Below, one piece after another: positions 17,099 to 25,083 of a stretch of DNA of 43,054 bases. The stretch is taken from IMG/VR virus record IMGVR_UViG_3300045988_145297. One strand, written 5' to 3'. Position 1 is the stretch's first letter. Each line of letters opens with the position of its first letter. A model generated the notes under the pieces. The model did not search any database. It was not told the origin of the DNA and saw nothing but the letters and a program-made list of their open reading frames with translations. The translations under genes were made by a program, and so were the position numbers. Source of the DNA: a virus.

Positions 17099-17749
17099 CT
17101 AATGTCCAGTTCCAGGTCCAGCCGGCGTAGAGGCCTGTTGAAAGCCGTCAACAATATAAGCCAACATTGCTTCCTCATTTTTCCAAGCCGGATCACGATC
17201 AGGATCTCCAACGAAAATTTGATAAAGCAAATTGTCAGTTGGGCGTGCTTGTGGAGTAACAGTAAATGTATCGTGAACAGTTACTGGAGAAGCTGCATCA
17301 GTTTGCATGTTTACACCAGTACCAGGTGTGAATGTGCAGTAAGGGAATGCATAGTATACTGGAAATCCATGATTTTCAGAAATTGCAATATAAGCACCTT
17401 TAAATAAGCGTTTATCTGCGCGCTTATAACCACCATGAGTTTCATCTTTATACATGCCTTGCAATAATGAACTAATATCAAAAGGCATGTCGTTCACTGC
17501 TAAGGTTGCAGAAATATTTTCAATACCAACTTCACTTTCGGCAATGGTGTTAGATCCATAAACTTTTTGAATAGTCGGATTCAAACCTGTGATATTACTT
17601 TGAGTAGTACCTTTAGCAGTTTGCAGATCGGCTTGAAAAATACCTTGAGCTTTATAGCGACCATACTTCTTAAATTCATCAACGCTCTTTAATTTTGCGT
17701 TATCGTCTTCAGGAGCAATTAATGCTCTTGCAAAACCGTTTAATTCCAT
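17099..17749 (-). CDS. Major tail protein
   Basis: 216 aa in the canonical position upstream of the chaperone pair, followed by a terminator. This fits a highly expressed structural gene. Confidence 0.88.
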   Translation of the reverse strand: MELNGFARALIAPEDDNAKLKSVDEFKKYGRYKAQGIFQADLQTAKGTTQSNITGLNPTIQKVYGSNTIAESEVGIENISATLAVNDMPFDISSLLQGMYKDETHGGYKRADKRLFKGAYIAISENHGFPVYYAFPYCTFTPGTGVNMQTDAASPVTVHDTFTVTPQARPTDNLLYQIFVGDPDRDPAWKNEEAMLAYIVDGFQQASTPAGPGTGH

Positions 17750-18120
17750 TAGGTTAATTTCCTTTCATAATTACGTAAAAAATGAAGAGTGAGCATACTT
17801 TCTCCTGTTTCTGGATCAAAACCTTCATCAGGTCCATACGTCACTCTCCACTTGGGCACTAAAAAAGACACAATCGCATTTTTGATTGTGTCTAAATTAG
17901 CTGTTTTATTTTCATTCCCAATAAATACTTGAACTTCTATTTCTTGAACTTCCACAGTGGGAACATTTGAACCATAACCGGCATAGCTTCCAATAACTGG
18001 AGTGATTAGCAAATCAGTTTTAGTATTATCAATTTTCCCTGTTATTCGCTTTTTATAATAGCGATCGACTCCGGGCACTTTATTTAAAATAGCTTGATAT
18101 GCGTCATTTATCGCTGTCAT
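17749..18120 (-). CDS. Tail completion / tail terminator-position protein
   Basis: 123 aa. The stop overlaps the major tail start. Assignment is by synteny. Confidence 0.7.
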   Translation of the reverse strand: MTAINDAYQAILNKVPGVDRYYKKRITGKIDNTKTDLLITPVIGSYAGYGSNVPTVEVQEIEVQVFIGNENKTANLDTIKNAIVSFLVPKWRVTYGPDEGFDPETGESMLTLHFLRNYERKLT

Positions 18121-18592
18121 GGTTCATCACTTCCTTAAATGCCTTTAATTCAGCTTCCTTAACTGATTTCTTAGCTTCTTGTTGTGCCTTATCAAGAAAA
18201 TGCATGTTTTTATAACGTTTCGGGGACATATGATGCTGCCCATTGTTAACAATTTTTGCTAAAAAATCATAGTATTTTCCTTCAAAGCCCACATCAGTAT
18301 CGCCCGTATGCAATTTATCAGCCGTATAACCAGGTTTATATGTAATGCTGTCCTGTAAGTGTTTAGTCTTTCGATTCCGATTATGATGCTTAGCATTAGC
18401 ATGACCAGCAGAGCGCCCTCTTCGATAGATTTCATTGCTTCGTGGCGTGCGATCATGCAATACCGTACTAAACGCTTCAGCGCCTTCACCAGTGATCTTA
18501 GCCTTATCTTCAACGGATAATTTCATACCTTTTTCTACTTCATTAACCCAGTTATTTAAAAACTCTCCCATATCATTAGCCATGATCTTCAA
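18104..18592 (-). CDS. HK97 gp10-family neck/tail-component protein
   Basis: 162 aa. The N-terminal region (...GEGAEAFSTVLHDRTPRS...) and the position resemble the HK97 gp10 family. Confidence 0.75.
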   Translation of the reverse strand: MKIMANDMGEFLNNWVNEVEKGMKLSVEDKAKITGEGAEAFSTVLHDRTPRSNEIYRRGRSAGHANAKHHNRNRKTKHLQDSITYKPGYTADKLHTGDTDVGFEGKYYDFLAKIVNNGQHHMSPKRYKNMHFLDKAQQEAKKSVKEAELKAFKEVMNHDSDK

Positions 18593-18932
18593 CCTTCTTA
18601 ACAGTCACTAAATCATAGCTTGTGGGAGAGTTCTTTTCATCTGGATTTATATGAACAACCTCATACATCTCTCCATTAACTATAGCTCTTGAAATTTGAT
18701 CCCAGAAACTATCTAAGCGATGATGAACTGCATACATTCGCTGGTCAGCTAAATTAAGCCCCTGCGCTTGAATAATTTGCGTTGTGTTCAAAGTATAGGG
18801 GATTGCTAAAGTCGTCCACAGAACGGTTATTGTAGGCTTGGGATTGTCGTTTTGGTCGTATTCTGGTTCATCAGATTCTTTGCCAAACTCAATTCTCTGA
18901 GTCTGACGACTGGGATTTAGTATTCTGACCAT
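18576..18932 (-). CDS. Head closure / head-tail adaptor protein
   Basis: The track ORF is 18576..18956. The ATG at 18932 is preceded by GGAGG with a 6-nt spacer. Product MVRILNPSRQTQRIEF... is typical of SPP1-type head-closure proteins. Confidence 0.78.
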   Translation of the reverse strand: MVRILNPSRQTQRIEFGKESDEPEYDQNDNPKPTITVLWTTLAIPYTLNTTQIIQAQGLNLADQRMYAVHHRLDSFWDQISRAIVNGEMYEVVHINPDEKNSPTSYDLVTVKKVEDHG

Positions 18933-19269
18933 CTTGAGCCTCCAATTCTTTAGCATATCTTCCTCTTAATTGACCAATAATGGCATTCGTCACTATGTCA
19001 ACATTAACTACAGCCCCAGAAGTAATACTTACTGGATTTTGCACATAAGAAGCAGCTAAAGCATTACAAACTAACGTATATAGTGGTTTATTTTCTTCAG
19101 AAATGTAGAAGTCCTTGACATCAGTACCGATTGCATGCTGAACATAACTTTCAGCAGCAATTAAAGCACTAGACATACGTTTTTGTAGGCCTTCATCTAG
19201 TGAAGTATCTTCATCAAGATATCCTAATGACCTCTTAAGGCCATCAGTGATCTTAAGATAAGTGGTCAT
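18889..19269 (-). CDS. Head-tail connector (gp6-like / QLRG-family DNA-packaging protein)
   Basis: 126 aa containing IIGQLRGRY (the QLRG motif). It lies directly after the capsid gene. Confidence 0.8.
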   Translation of the reverse strand: MTTYLKITDGLKRSLGYLDEDTSLDEGLQKRMSSALIAAESYVQHAIGTDVKDFYISEENKPLYTLVCNALAASYVQNPVSITSGAVVNVDIVTNAIIGQLRGRYAKELEAQDGQNTKSQSSDSEN

Positions 19270-19285
19270 TAAGAATCACCTCTAA

Positions 19286-20476
19286 CTACTTACCAGTACC
19301 AGCGGTACCTTGAGCTTGGTTAGCAACAGTCTTAAATGAAGCAGCTGCAAATGCACCATCATCAATTAATTGAACGTCAAATCTGTCAATAAAACGAAGC
19401 TTAGTAGTATCGTGTTCGAACGAACCAGCGCCGACATTAGTGGTATCAATTTGCATTTGTTGACGGTCGAATAAAGTAATGCCTTGTTTTAAGTCACCGA
19501 AGTATAGTGGGTGTGATCCAGAAACATCAGGTAACCATTTATCAGCAATACGAATTACAGGCTTACCATCGATTAAGTACTTATCTGGGCTAGTAACATC
19601 TGGTTGCATTAAGTAACGACCATCTGCATCTTTCACCTTGCTCAAGATGTTATATCCAGATTGGTTAGTAATGAAGCTAGATGTGCTTTCAATTGCTGGA
19701 TCAAGAGTATTGTTTTCTAAATCCTTGATATTATCGAACTGAGAAATAGTTGGTTTTTTAGGAGCTTTACCCATAACTTCAAGGATCTTAGCATTACGAG
19801 TAACAACATCCTTTTTAGCTGCCCAGTTAACCAACCATTGAATGATGTTATCTACAGTATCCTTTAATAAGGTGTTTGTAACAGTAGTAATACCAGCATA
19901 ACGATGGATTAAGTATTTAACTACTGCTAATTCTGGATCATCGTTATCACCAATTAAGGCAGATTCATCATCTAAGTCTTTTAATGGGGTAATGTCTGCT
20001 AATTTTTCGTAAACGCGAGAACCATGTGAAGTAGTAACATTTTCAACATTAACTAAGCTTTCAAGAGATACAAATGAACGTGTTAAAGTTCTAATTTGTA
20101 ATTGAATATCTTCAGGAATAGTTAACCCAGCATTGCCAGCACCAGTAGTTCCAGAAGTTACCAAGTTCTTAAAATCAGAAACAAATTGGTTCTTCATAGC
20201 TTGTGCATCTGGCTTCTTATTTTCTTTAACCGGAATTGGTTTTTTATTAACTGGTTCAGCATTCAAGTTCGCTCTAGCATCTTCATAAGCTGCTTTAGCT
20301 AATTCTTGATTCATCTTGGCATTCTTTAAGCTTTCATTTAACTTGGTAACTTCATCTACAGAGTGAGAAGATTCATCTTTACCAAGGTCAATGGCAAATT
20401 GTGCGCGTTCATCTTCAAGGTCTTGAACTTTTTGACCTGCCATATCAAACGCGTCTTTTAATTGATTGATATTCAT
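19286..20476 (-). CDS. Major capsid protein, HK97 family
   Basis: 396 aa with an N-terminal coiled-coil delta-like region, downstream of a ClpP-like prohead protease. Confidence 0.92.
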   Translation of the reverse strand: MNINQLKDAFDMAGQKVQDLEDERAQFAIDLGKDESSHSVDEVTKLNESLKNAKMNQELAKAAYEDARANLNAEPVNKKPIPVKENKKPDAQAMKNQFVSDFKNLVTSGTTGAGNAGLTIPEDIQLQIRTLTRSFVSLESLVNVENVTTSHGSRVYEKLADITPLKDLDDESALIGDNDDPELAVVKYLIHRYAGITTVTNTLLKDTVDNIIQWLVNWAAKKDVVTRNAKILEVMGKAPKKPTISQFDNIKDLENNTLDPAIESTSSFITNQSGYNILSKVKDADGRYLMQPDVTSPDKYLIDGKPVIRIADKWLPDVSGSHPLYFGDLKQGITLFDRQQMQIDTTNVGAGSFEHDTTKLRFIDRFDVQLIDDGAFAAASFKTVANQAQGTAGTGK

Positions 20477-20481
20477 TAATC

Positions 20482-21204
20482 TTAATTTTCCTTTCCAAAT
20501 AAAATAGCCAGCTTCTTTTGAAGTTGGCCATCATTCTTTTTATTTTCTTTCGGTAGAGGTTTAACGACATTCTCGGTCAATTGATTATAAAGCAAGTTTT
20601 TGATCTTATTAATCATATCTGGCTTAACTGATAGTGAACCGTCTGCATTTACTAAAGCAGGCTGTTTACTATCTTGAAACATAATTTCGTCTGCAAATCC
20701 TTTATCTACTGCTTGTTGAGCATTCATCCAAGTAGTATTACACATTAATCTGTAAACTTCTTGCTTGTCTAAGCCAGTGCGTTGACTATATAGGTCAACA
20801 AACGACTTATCAAGTGAATCTAAAGCATTTAACGCACTAGATAAATCATCGCTGTTACCCATAGAAATTGTAGAAGCTCTATGGATCATCATTTGAGCAG
20901 TTGGAGACATTTCTACATGGTCAGCAGCAAGTGCAATCCATGAAGCAGCAGAACAAGCTTGACCAGTAATTTTTGCGATTACTTGTCCTTGGTACTCCTT
21001 AAGTGCGGTATAAATTTCACTTCCTGCGTCCACATAGCCACCAGGAGAGTTAATTTCAAGTGTTACGTCTGATCCATCAGCATCACTCAAAGCTTGTTTA
21101 ACGGTCTTAGGATTAATATTCTCGTAGCCTAAGTAATCATAGACATCAGCATAATCACTCGGAATCACTTCCCCGTTCATCTGAATCGTTACCATCATCA
21201 TCAC
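20482..21204 (-). CDS. Prohead (head maturation) serine protease, ClpP-like
   Basis: The motifs INSPGGYVDAGSEIY and GQACSAASWIALAADHVEMSPTAQMMIHRAS are present. The start is ambiguous among a GTG/ATG cluster at 21204..21193 after AGGGAGG. Confidence 0.9.
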   Translation of the reverse strand: MMMMVTIQMNGEVIPSDYADVYDYLGYENINPKTVKQALSDADGSDVTLEINSPGGYVDAGSEIYTALKEYQGQVIAKITGQACSAASWIALAADHVEMSPTAQMMIHRASTISMGNSDDLSSALNALDSLDKSFVDLYSQRTGLDKQEVYRLMCNTTWMNAQQAVDKGFADEIMFQDSKQPALVNADGSLSVKPDMINKIKNLLYNQLTENVVKPLPKENKKNDGQLQKKLAILFGKEN

Positions 21205-22351
21205 CTCCCTCTTGTTGCTGAATTAGTTGAATTGCTTGTTGTGGTTTCTTCTCTGGATCAGGTAGATCAGTAGGTAAATATCCTGAATTTTGTAAAATAA
21301 ATCGAGCTTGATTACCTGCAATTGTTCCATCTTTTGCTAAGCCTGAAATAGTACTTGCATATTGGTCTCCCATCGCGTCAATCGCAAAACGAATATCAGC
21401 CGAAATATTAGCATGCAATTTATCATTTAACTCGCTGATAATTGCTTGTACATAACGATTAAGCGATTTTGCATACTGACCACCAATTTGAGTAATTGAT
21501 GATTGCTGATCGCCTTGTCCGTTTAAATAGCTATCCGGCACGCCATAAACTTTTGCAATTTGATCTCTAGTCCAGTCAACTTGATTGAGTAGACTAGCAA
21601 TATTTCCTTTCATTTCCAACGGTTTGTAATCTTCTAGTGCATCAATTACAACTGGACCATCAGAGTTATGAATTTGCTTTGATATCTCTTTTGATCTAGC
21701 AATTCTAGTTTCAGCATCAAGTAAACCACCTTTCTGAATACTTAAAACTGCGCTAGCCGTTACTGATTGTTTTAATGCCTTTAAAGTTAGTGCATTTGAA
21801 GCATCTTTAATTTGTTGTTCATTAATCAGTGCAGAGAGTGGAGAAATACCAGTCTTACCACCATTTTTAGAAAGTAAGCGAATATGAATTACATCAGCAG
21901 CTGGTACATTCTCCATATATCCAATAGCTGGTTCATCAAAGTTAATGTTATAGATCAATCCTGAACCATCTTGGAGAAGCATTGGTTGAACTTGTGACGG
22001 CCTTAAATACTCCCACGAGAGATCTACACCATTAGTATTCTTGTGTCGGTATGCGTAACAATTACCATCTAATAAGAGTTGTGCAAACATCCCTTGCCAA
22101 AAACTATATCCATTAGCTGTAACACTAGGATTACTAATAATTGATTGTGATCTATCAGAGTCAGCAGTGTATCGAACCATTGCCAGATCTCCTGATAATT
22201 GCATAATCAGTGAGAAAATATCTGAGTTCTTAAGCGCTGTATCTGCAGAAACATATTTCTGTGCTTCGCCACCAGTTAGGAAGTTAACCCAATCAGGATC
22301 ATTTAGAGAAAAGCCTTGAGAGTGAGATTTATTTAGCTTTAACAGAGGCAT
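21155..22351 (-). CDS. Portal protein, HK97 family
   Basis: 398 aa positioned after terL, with an acidic C-terminal tail. Confidence 0.92.
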   Translation of the reverse strand: MPLLKLNKSHSQGFSLNDPDWVNFLTGGEAQKYVSADTALKNSDIFSLIMQLSGDLAMVRYTADSDRSQSIISNPSVTANGYSFWQGMFAQLLLDGNCYAYRHKNTNGVDLSWEYLRPSQVQPMLLQDGSGLIYNINFDEPAIGYMENVPAADVIHIRLLSKNGGKTGISPLSALINEQQIKDASNALTLKALKQSVTASAVLSIQKGGLLDAETRIARSKEISKQIHNSDGPVVIDALEDYKPLEMKGNIASLLNQVDWTRDQIAKVYGVPDSYLNGQGDQQSSITQIGGQYAKSLNRYVQAIISELNDKLHANISADIRFAIDAMGDQYASTISGLAKDGTIAGNQARFILQNSGYLPTDLPDPEKKPQQAIQLIQQQEGGDDDGNDSDERGSDSE

Positions 22352-22557
22352 TACTTACCACCTCCTTTCTCACCACCTGCTGCGATAAGTTCCACTAAAT
22401 AACCAGAAATTAAAAAGGCTACACCTCCAACGATGTAACCCAATGGTTCATTAATTTTAAAAGCTCCAAAAGTAATTCCTGCAAGTCCTACAAAATAGAA
22501 AATTACATCAATATACTTCCACAGTTGCTGTTTTAATTTAGTAACCAGTGTTCTCAC
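22351..22557 (-). CDS. Small 2-TM membrane protein between terL and portal (uncertain)
   Basis: 68-aa hydrophobic ORF with a TAATG overlap to the portal start. However, the only start is a GTG embedded in the SD-like AGGAGGTG. Confidence 0.45.
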   Translation of the reverse strand: MRTLVTKLKQQLWKYIDVIFYFVGLAGITFGAFKINEPLGYIVGGVAFLISGYLVELIAAGGEKGGGK

Positions 22558-24421
22558 CTCCTAGTAGTCCTGATTTTGGATTTTTAAACCAGTCCAGAAC
22601 TTGTTGTTCCGTCATTCTGTCTACTTCTGTGTCCTTATTATTTAAGTCTGAATTTTCATCAAAGTAATACATCGCTTGGAATAGTGCATCAATAATTGCA
22701 TCTACAACATCAATTTTCAAAGTAGCTTTATCTTTATCTACTTGAATACCAATTTTATCCGCTTTTACTACTGCGTTTAGCAAAGCTTTTTGCATTACTG
22801 GATCATTAGGGATAGTAACTTTGTGGGTAACAAAAAGCTCCTGCAAAAACTTAGTAGGATTTGCAAGAGCTGATGTTCTTTGTTGAATATCCATAATATA
22901 CCAATCAGTATTCACATTTAGTGACTCAGTGATGTTCTTAACTTGATAAGATCCAAAACGGTCATAACCAAAGAATTTAACCTTTAATTGATGTTGTTCA
23001 ACATAGTTTAAAAGCCATTTATAAATTTGTTCCGGATTAATAATCCCCTGTGGATGTGCTGTAATTGTGCAGTATTCAGGGTAGTTACGATATGTAATTC
23101 CATCTTGTTTTTCCTTAGCTTCAATTGATCCAGCTTGTTGAAACGGAATAAAACTGTGTTGTTCTAAGCGGAATTGGCCGTCTCCATATGGATAAACAAA
23201 ACCGATAGCGGTGTTATCTGAAAACATTGAATAGTCAAAACCGATAAATACTTCTCGCCCATCAATATTAAAATCATTATATACAGCATCTTCAACGTCT
23301 TTTAAATTAAGATAGCTGTCAGTTGATTGTTTAAGCCAAAGATTTAAGTTTTTAGTTTGAAAGTCTGAAATATTACCAGTTAGCAAATCGCTATCGCGCT
23401 TGTCTTTTAAGCCTTTCATCAAGCCGTCGTGTTGATCCGGTAAATCTAAGAGAGGATTGGATTTCACCCATGTTTCAGGCTTGTAAGTTTCATCTAATCT
23501 ATCTTGTGACCAAATTAGTCCTAGATAGCTATCTGCATCCCTTTTCCAATCCTGCTCCATTGCTTGAATAACCATTTTTTGATCTTCATGAAATGGAACT
23601 GTTGGATCAGGATAAGAAGTAGAAATTTGAATAAATTGATGATTTGGAACTTTAACCTGACCAGAAATAATCTTGCTCACAGTTTCCCGTGATTTAACTT
23701 CACCAATCTCGTCAAATATAGCCGTTCTAAAGTGATAAGAATCATATTGTCCTGCTTCAAGACTGATTGCCCGCAGAACATTATTATTTTTCTTCATGAT
23801 AATTTGATCTGACTGAATATACAGATTTACTTCACTTGCATAGCTTTTAAAAGGCTCACTTTGAATGATTTTTCTCATCATTGAAGCGACATAGCCAAAT
23901 AACTTCATAGTTTGCTTAAAATTGATAGAAGCTACTAAATAATCTTGATTTGATAGCCCAATACTTTCAATTAAAAATGAGTAGCAAACTAAGATAGCCA
24001 TTTGATAAGTCTTCCCTTGACCACGTGATACAGAGTCAATGACACGAGTAAATCGTTTGTTATTATCCTCGTCACGCCAGCCAAACATAAGAGCAAAAGT
24101 AAACTCTTGCCATTCCATTAGCTTAGTTGGCTCTCCAGTATCAACATTAGGACAAATTTTAGCGAAAGTTAGAAGTCTATTAGCTTCTTCTACATCGTAG
24201 TGATAAGGAAAATCTGGTTGTCCTTGTCTTTTGAGATCCATTAAATGCCGAAAGCATGCAAGTTTTATCTTATATCCAGCTATTTTTGTGCCATTTAAAA
24301 CAGAAAAAGCGTATAAAGTTGCGGGATCAGTATATTTTGATTTAATATCTGACCAATCAATGCTTTTAAAAGCACCAATTACGTCATGAGTTTGTGTTAG
24401 ATCAATTTTCATGTTTTTCAC
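22538..24421 (-). CDS. terL: Terminase large subunit
   Basis: 627 aa with a Walker-A-like SRGQGKT, DEIGE (Walker B) and a C-terminal nuclease region. Synteny supports the call. Confidence 0.96.
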   Translation of the reverse strand: MKNMKIDLTQTHDVIGAFKSIDWSDIKSKYTDPATLYAFSVLNGTKIAGYKIKLACFRHLMDLKRQGQPDFPYHYDVEEANRLLTFAKICPNVDTGEPTKLMEWQEFTFALMFGWRDEDNNKRFTRVIDSVSRGQGKTYQMAILVCYSFLIESIGLSNQDYLVASINFKQTMKLFGYVASMMRKIIQSEPFKSYASEVNLYIQSDQIIMKKNNNVLRAISLEAGQYDSYHFRTAIFDEIGEVKSRETVSKIISGQVKVPNHQFIQISTSYPDPTVPFHEDQKMVIQAMEQDWKRDADSYLGLIWSQDRLDETYKPETWVKSNPLLDLPDQHDGLMKGLKDKRDSDLLTGNISDFQTKNLNLWLKQSTDSYLNLKDVEDAVYNDFNIDGREVFIGFDYSMFSDNTAIGFVYPYGDGQFRLEQHSFIPFQQAGSIEAKEKQDGITYRNYPEYCTITAHPQGIINPEQIYKWLLNYVEQHQLKVKFFGYDRFGSYQVKNITESLNVNTDWYIMDIQQRTSALANPTKFLQELFVTHKVTIPNDPVMQKALLNAVVKADKIGIQVDKDKATLKIDVVDAIIDALFQAMYYFDENSDLNNKDTEVDRMTEQQVLDWFKNPKSGLLGGENTGY

Positions 24422-24581
24422 TTCTTAAATATTTTTCTGGAGTCATGCCATATTCCTCAATGAACATATTATATTCAATATTAAAAAACACAGAATTTTC
24501 AAAACTCTTTTTTTCAATAATGGACTTTGCCTTTTTATATCCATTCTTTCGTCTAAAAAAGGCTATTAATCCCTCAGTCAT
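24402..24581 (-). CDS. Small hypothetical protein immediately upstream of terL
   Basis: The track ORF is 24402..24599. The ATG at 24581 is preceded by GGAGG with an 8-nt spacer. The 59-aa basic product overlaps the terL start by 20 nt. Confidence 0.45.
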   Translation of the reverse strand: MTEGLIAFFRRKNGYKKAKSIIEKKSFENSVFFNIEYNMFIEEYGMTPEKYLRSEKHEN

Positions 24582-24606
24582 TCTTTTTTCCTCCATCAAC
24601 TCTAAA

Positions 24607-24762
24607 TTAATAAGGAAGCAATACAGTTGTTACATCCCCATTGCTATGAACTATGGGAATAATATTTACTCCATGTCTTTCATCACTTGAATTATCAACT
24701 GAACATGCTGATAAACTTATAGCTGTAATAACTAAAACCACTAACAATTAGACTTTTTTCAT
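24607..24762 (-). pseudogene. Small lipoprotein gene interrupted by an in-frame TAA at codon 5 (or a 46-aa product restarting at the adjacent TTG)
   Basis: A GAAGGAG SD precedes ATG AAA AAA GTC TAA TTG TTA GTG..., which reads MKKV*LLVVLVITAISLSAC|SVDNSSDERHGVNIIPIVHSNGDVTTVLLPY. This is a textbook signal peptide plus LSAC lipobox, all in one frame. Confidence 0.5.
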
Positions 24763-24785
24763 GACTTAAGGAACTCCTTCTAAGT

Positions 24786-24916
24786 GAGCGCTCGGTCCGA
24801 CAAGAGCGAGCGCTCTTGCCTTGGCGAAACTCAGCAAATAGAAAAGGTCAATCAATCTCTTCCGAGTGTATCACAGCAAGCTGTGATTAATTCACACTCT
24901 ACGGAGGTGATTGACC
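24786..24916 (+). promoter_or_regulatory. Structured 5' leader of cassette 1: GC hairpin, 5' half of clamp, and SD/start-sequestering stem with CACAGCAAGCTGTG cap
   Basis: The 9-bp hairpin pairs 24786-24794 with 24807-24815. The clamp half cttgccttggcg is at 24815-24826. Stems 24844-24853/24909-24918 and 24859-24869/24894-24907 bury GGAGG and the TTG start. The apical hairpin is at 24872-24885. Confidence 0.55.
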
Positions 24917-24937
24917 TTGACTGAATTAATTCTTCTT
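24836..24937 (-). ncRNA. Predicted antisense RNA of cassette 1 (candidate type I antitoxin); ends approximate
   Basis: The minus-strand promoter TTGATT (24972-24967), N17, TAAGAT (24949-24944) lies inside the small ORF. The transcript would be complementary to the start codon, SD and leader stem, and ends in a 10-bp stem (aaggtcaatc/gattgacctt) followed by ttctattt. Confidence 0.45.
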
Positions 24938-24979
24938 TTAATTATCTTACTATTGATCATCGTCGCAATCAAGTCGTAA
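24917..24979 (+). CDS. 20-aa hydrophobic peptide (M)TELILLLIILLLIIVAIKS, candidate type I toxin
   Basis: GGAGGTGA lies 9 nt upstream of the TTG. The ORF is in an otherwise non-coding, locally GC-rich, highly structured region. A paralogue is at 42199..42261. Confidence 0.55.
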   Translation: MTELILLLIILLLIIVAIKS

Positions 24980-25020
24980 CGCCAAGGCAAGAATTCCATC
25001 CCGAAGGGATGCATAATAAA

Positions 25021-25053
25021 AGCGTTCGATTTCAAAATCGAGCGCTATTTTTT
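25021..25053 (+). terminator. Intrinsic terminator of the cassette-1 + strand transcript (weaker in the - orientation)
   Basis: Arms agcgttcgatt / aatcgagcgct form an 11-bp stem with one G-U in the + RNA, followed by ATTTTTT. In the - RNA the same position is a C-A mismatch and the tail is only tttatta. Confidence 0.8.
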
Positions 25054-25083
25054 CTTCTTGATTTAAAAAAGATTACTACTATG

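Noticed and set aside
24394-24690. The + strand track ORF 24394..24690 (98 aa) lies in the terS-terL island.
   Set aside because: It has no SD, is antisense to two SD-supported minus-strand ORFs, and translates to a Phe/Ser/Ile-rich low-complexity string.
24748-24750. The in-frame TAA in the small lipoprotein ORF could reflect stop-codon reassignment.
   Set aside because: TAA terminates many well-supported genes in this window (int, terL and others) at positions matching normal protein ends, so standard code 11 applies.
24815-24991. The 12-bp perfect inverted repeats flanking each small-ORF cassette (24815-24826/24980-24991 and 42115-42126/42269-42280) looked like MITE-type terminal inverted repeats.
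   Set aside because: The two cassettes have unrelated repeat sequences, yet each pair is perfectly complementary and identically placed relative to the leader and stop codon. That pattern fits RNA-level covariation rather than a shared transposase recognition sequence. No target-site duplication is visible.
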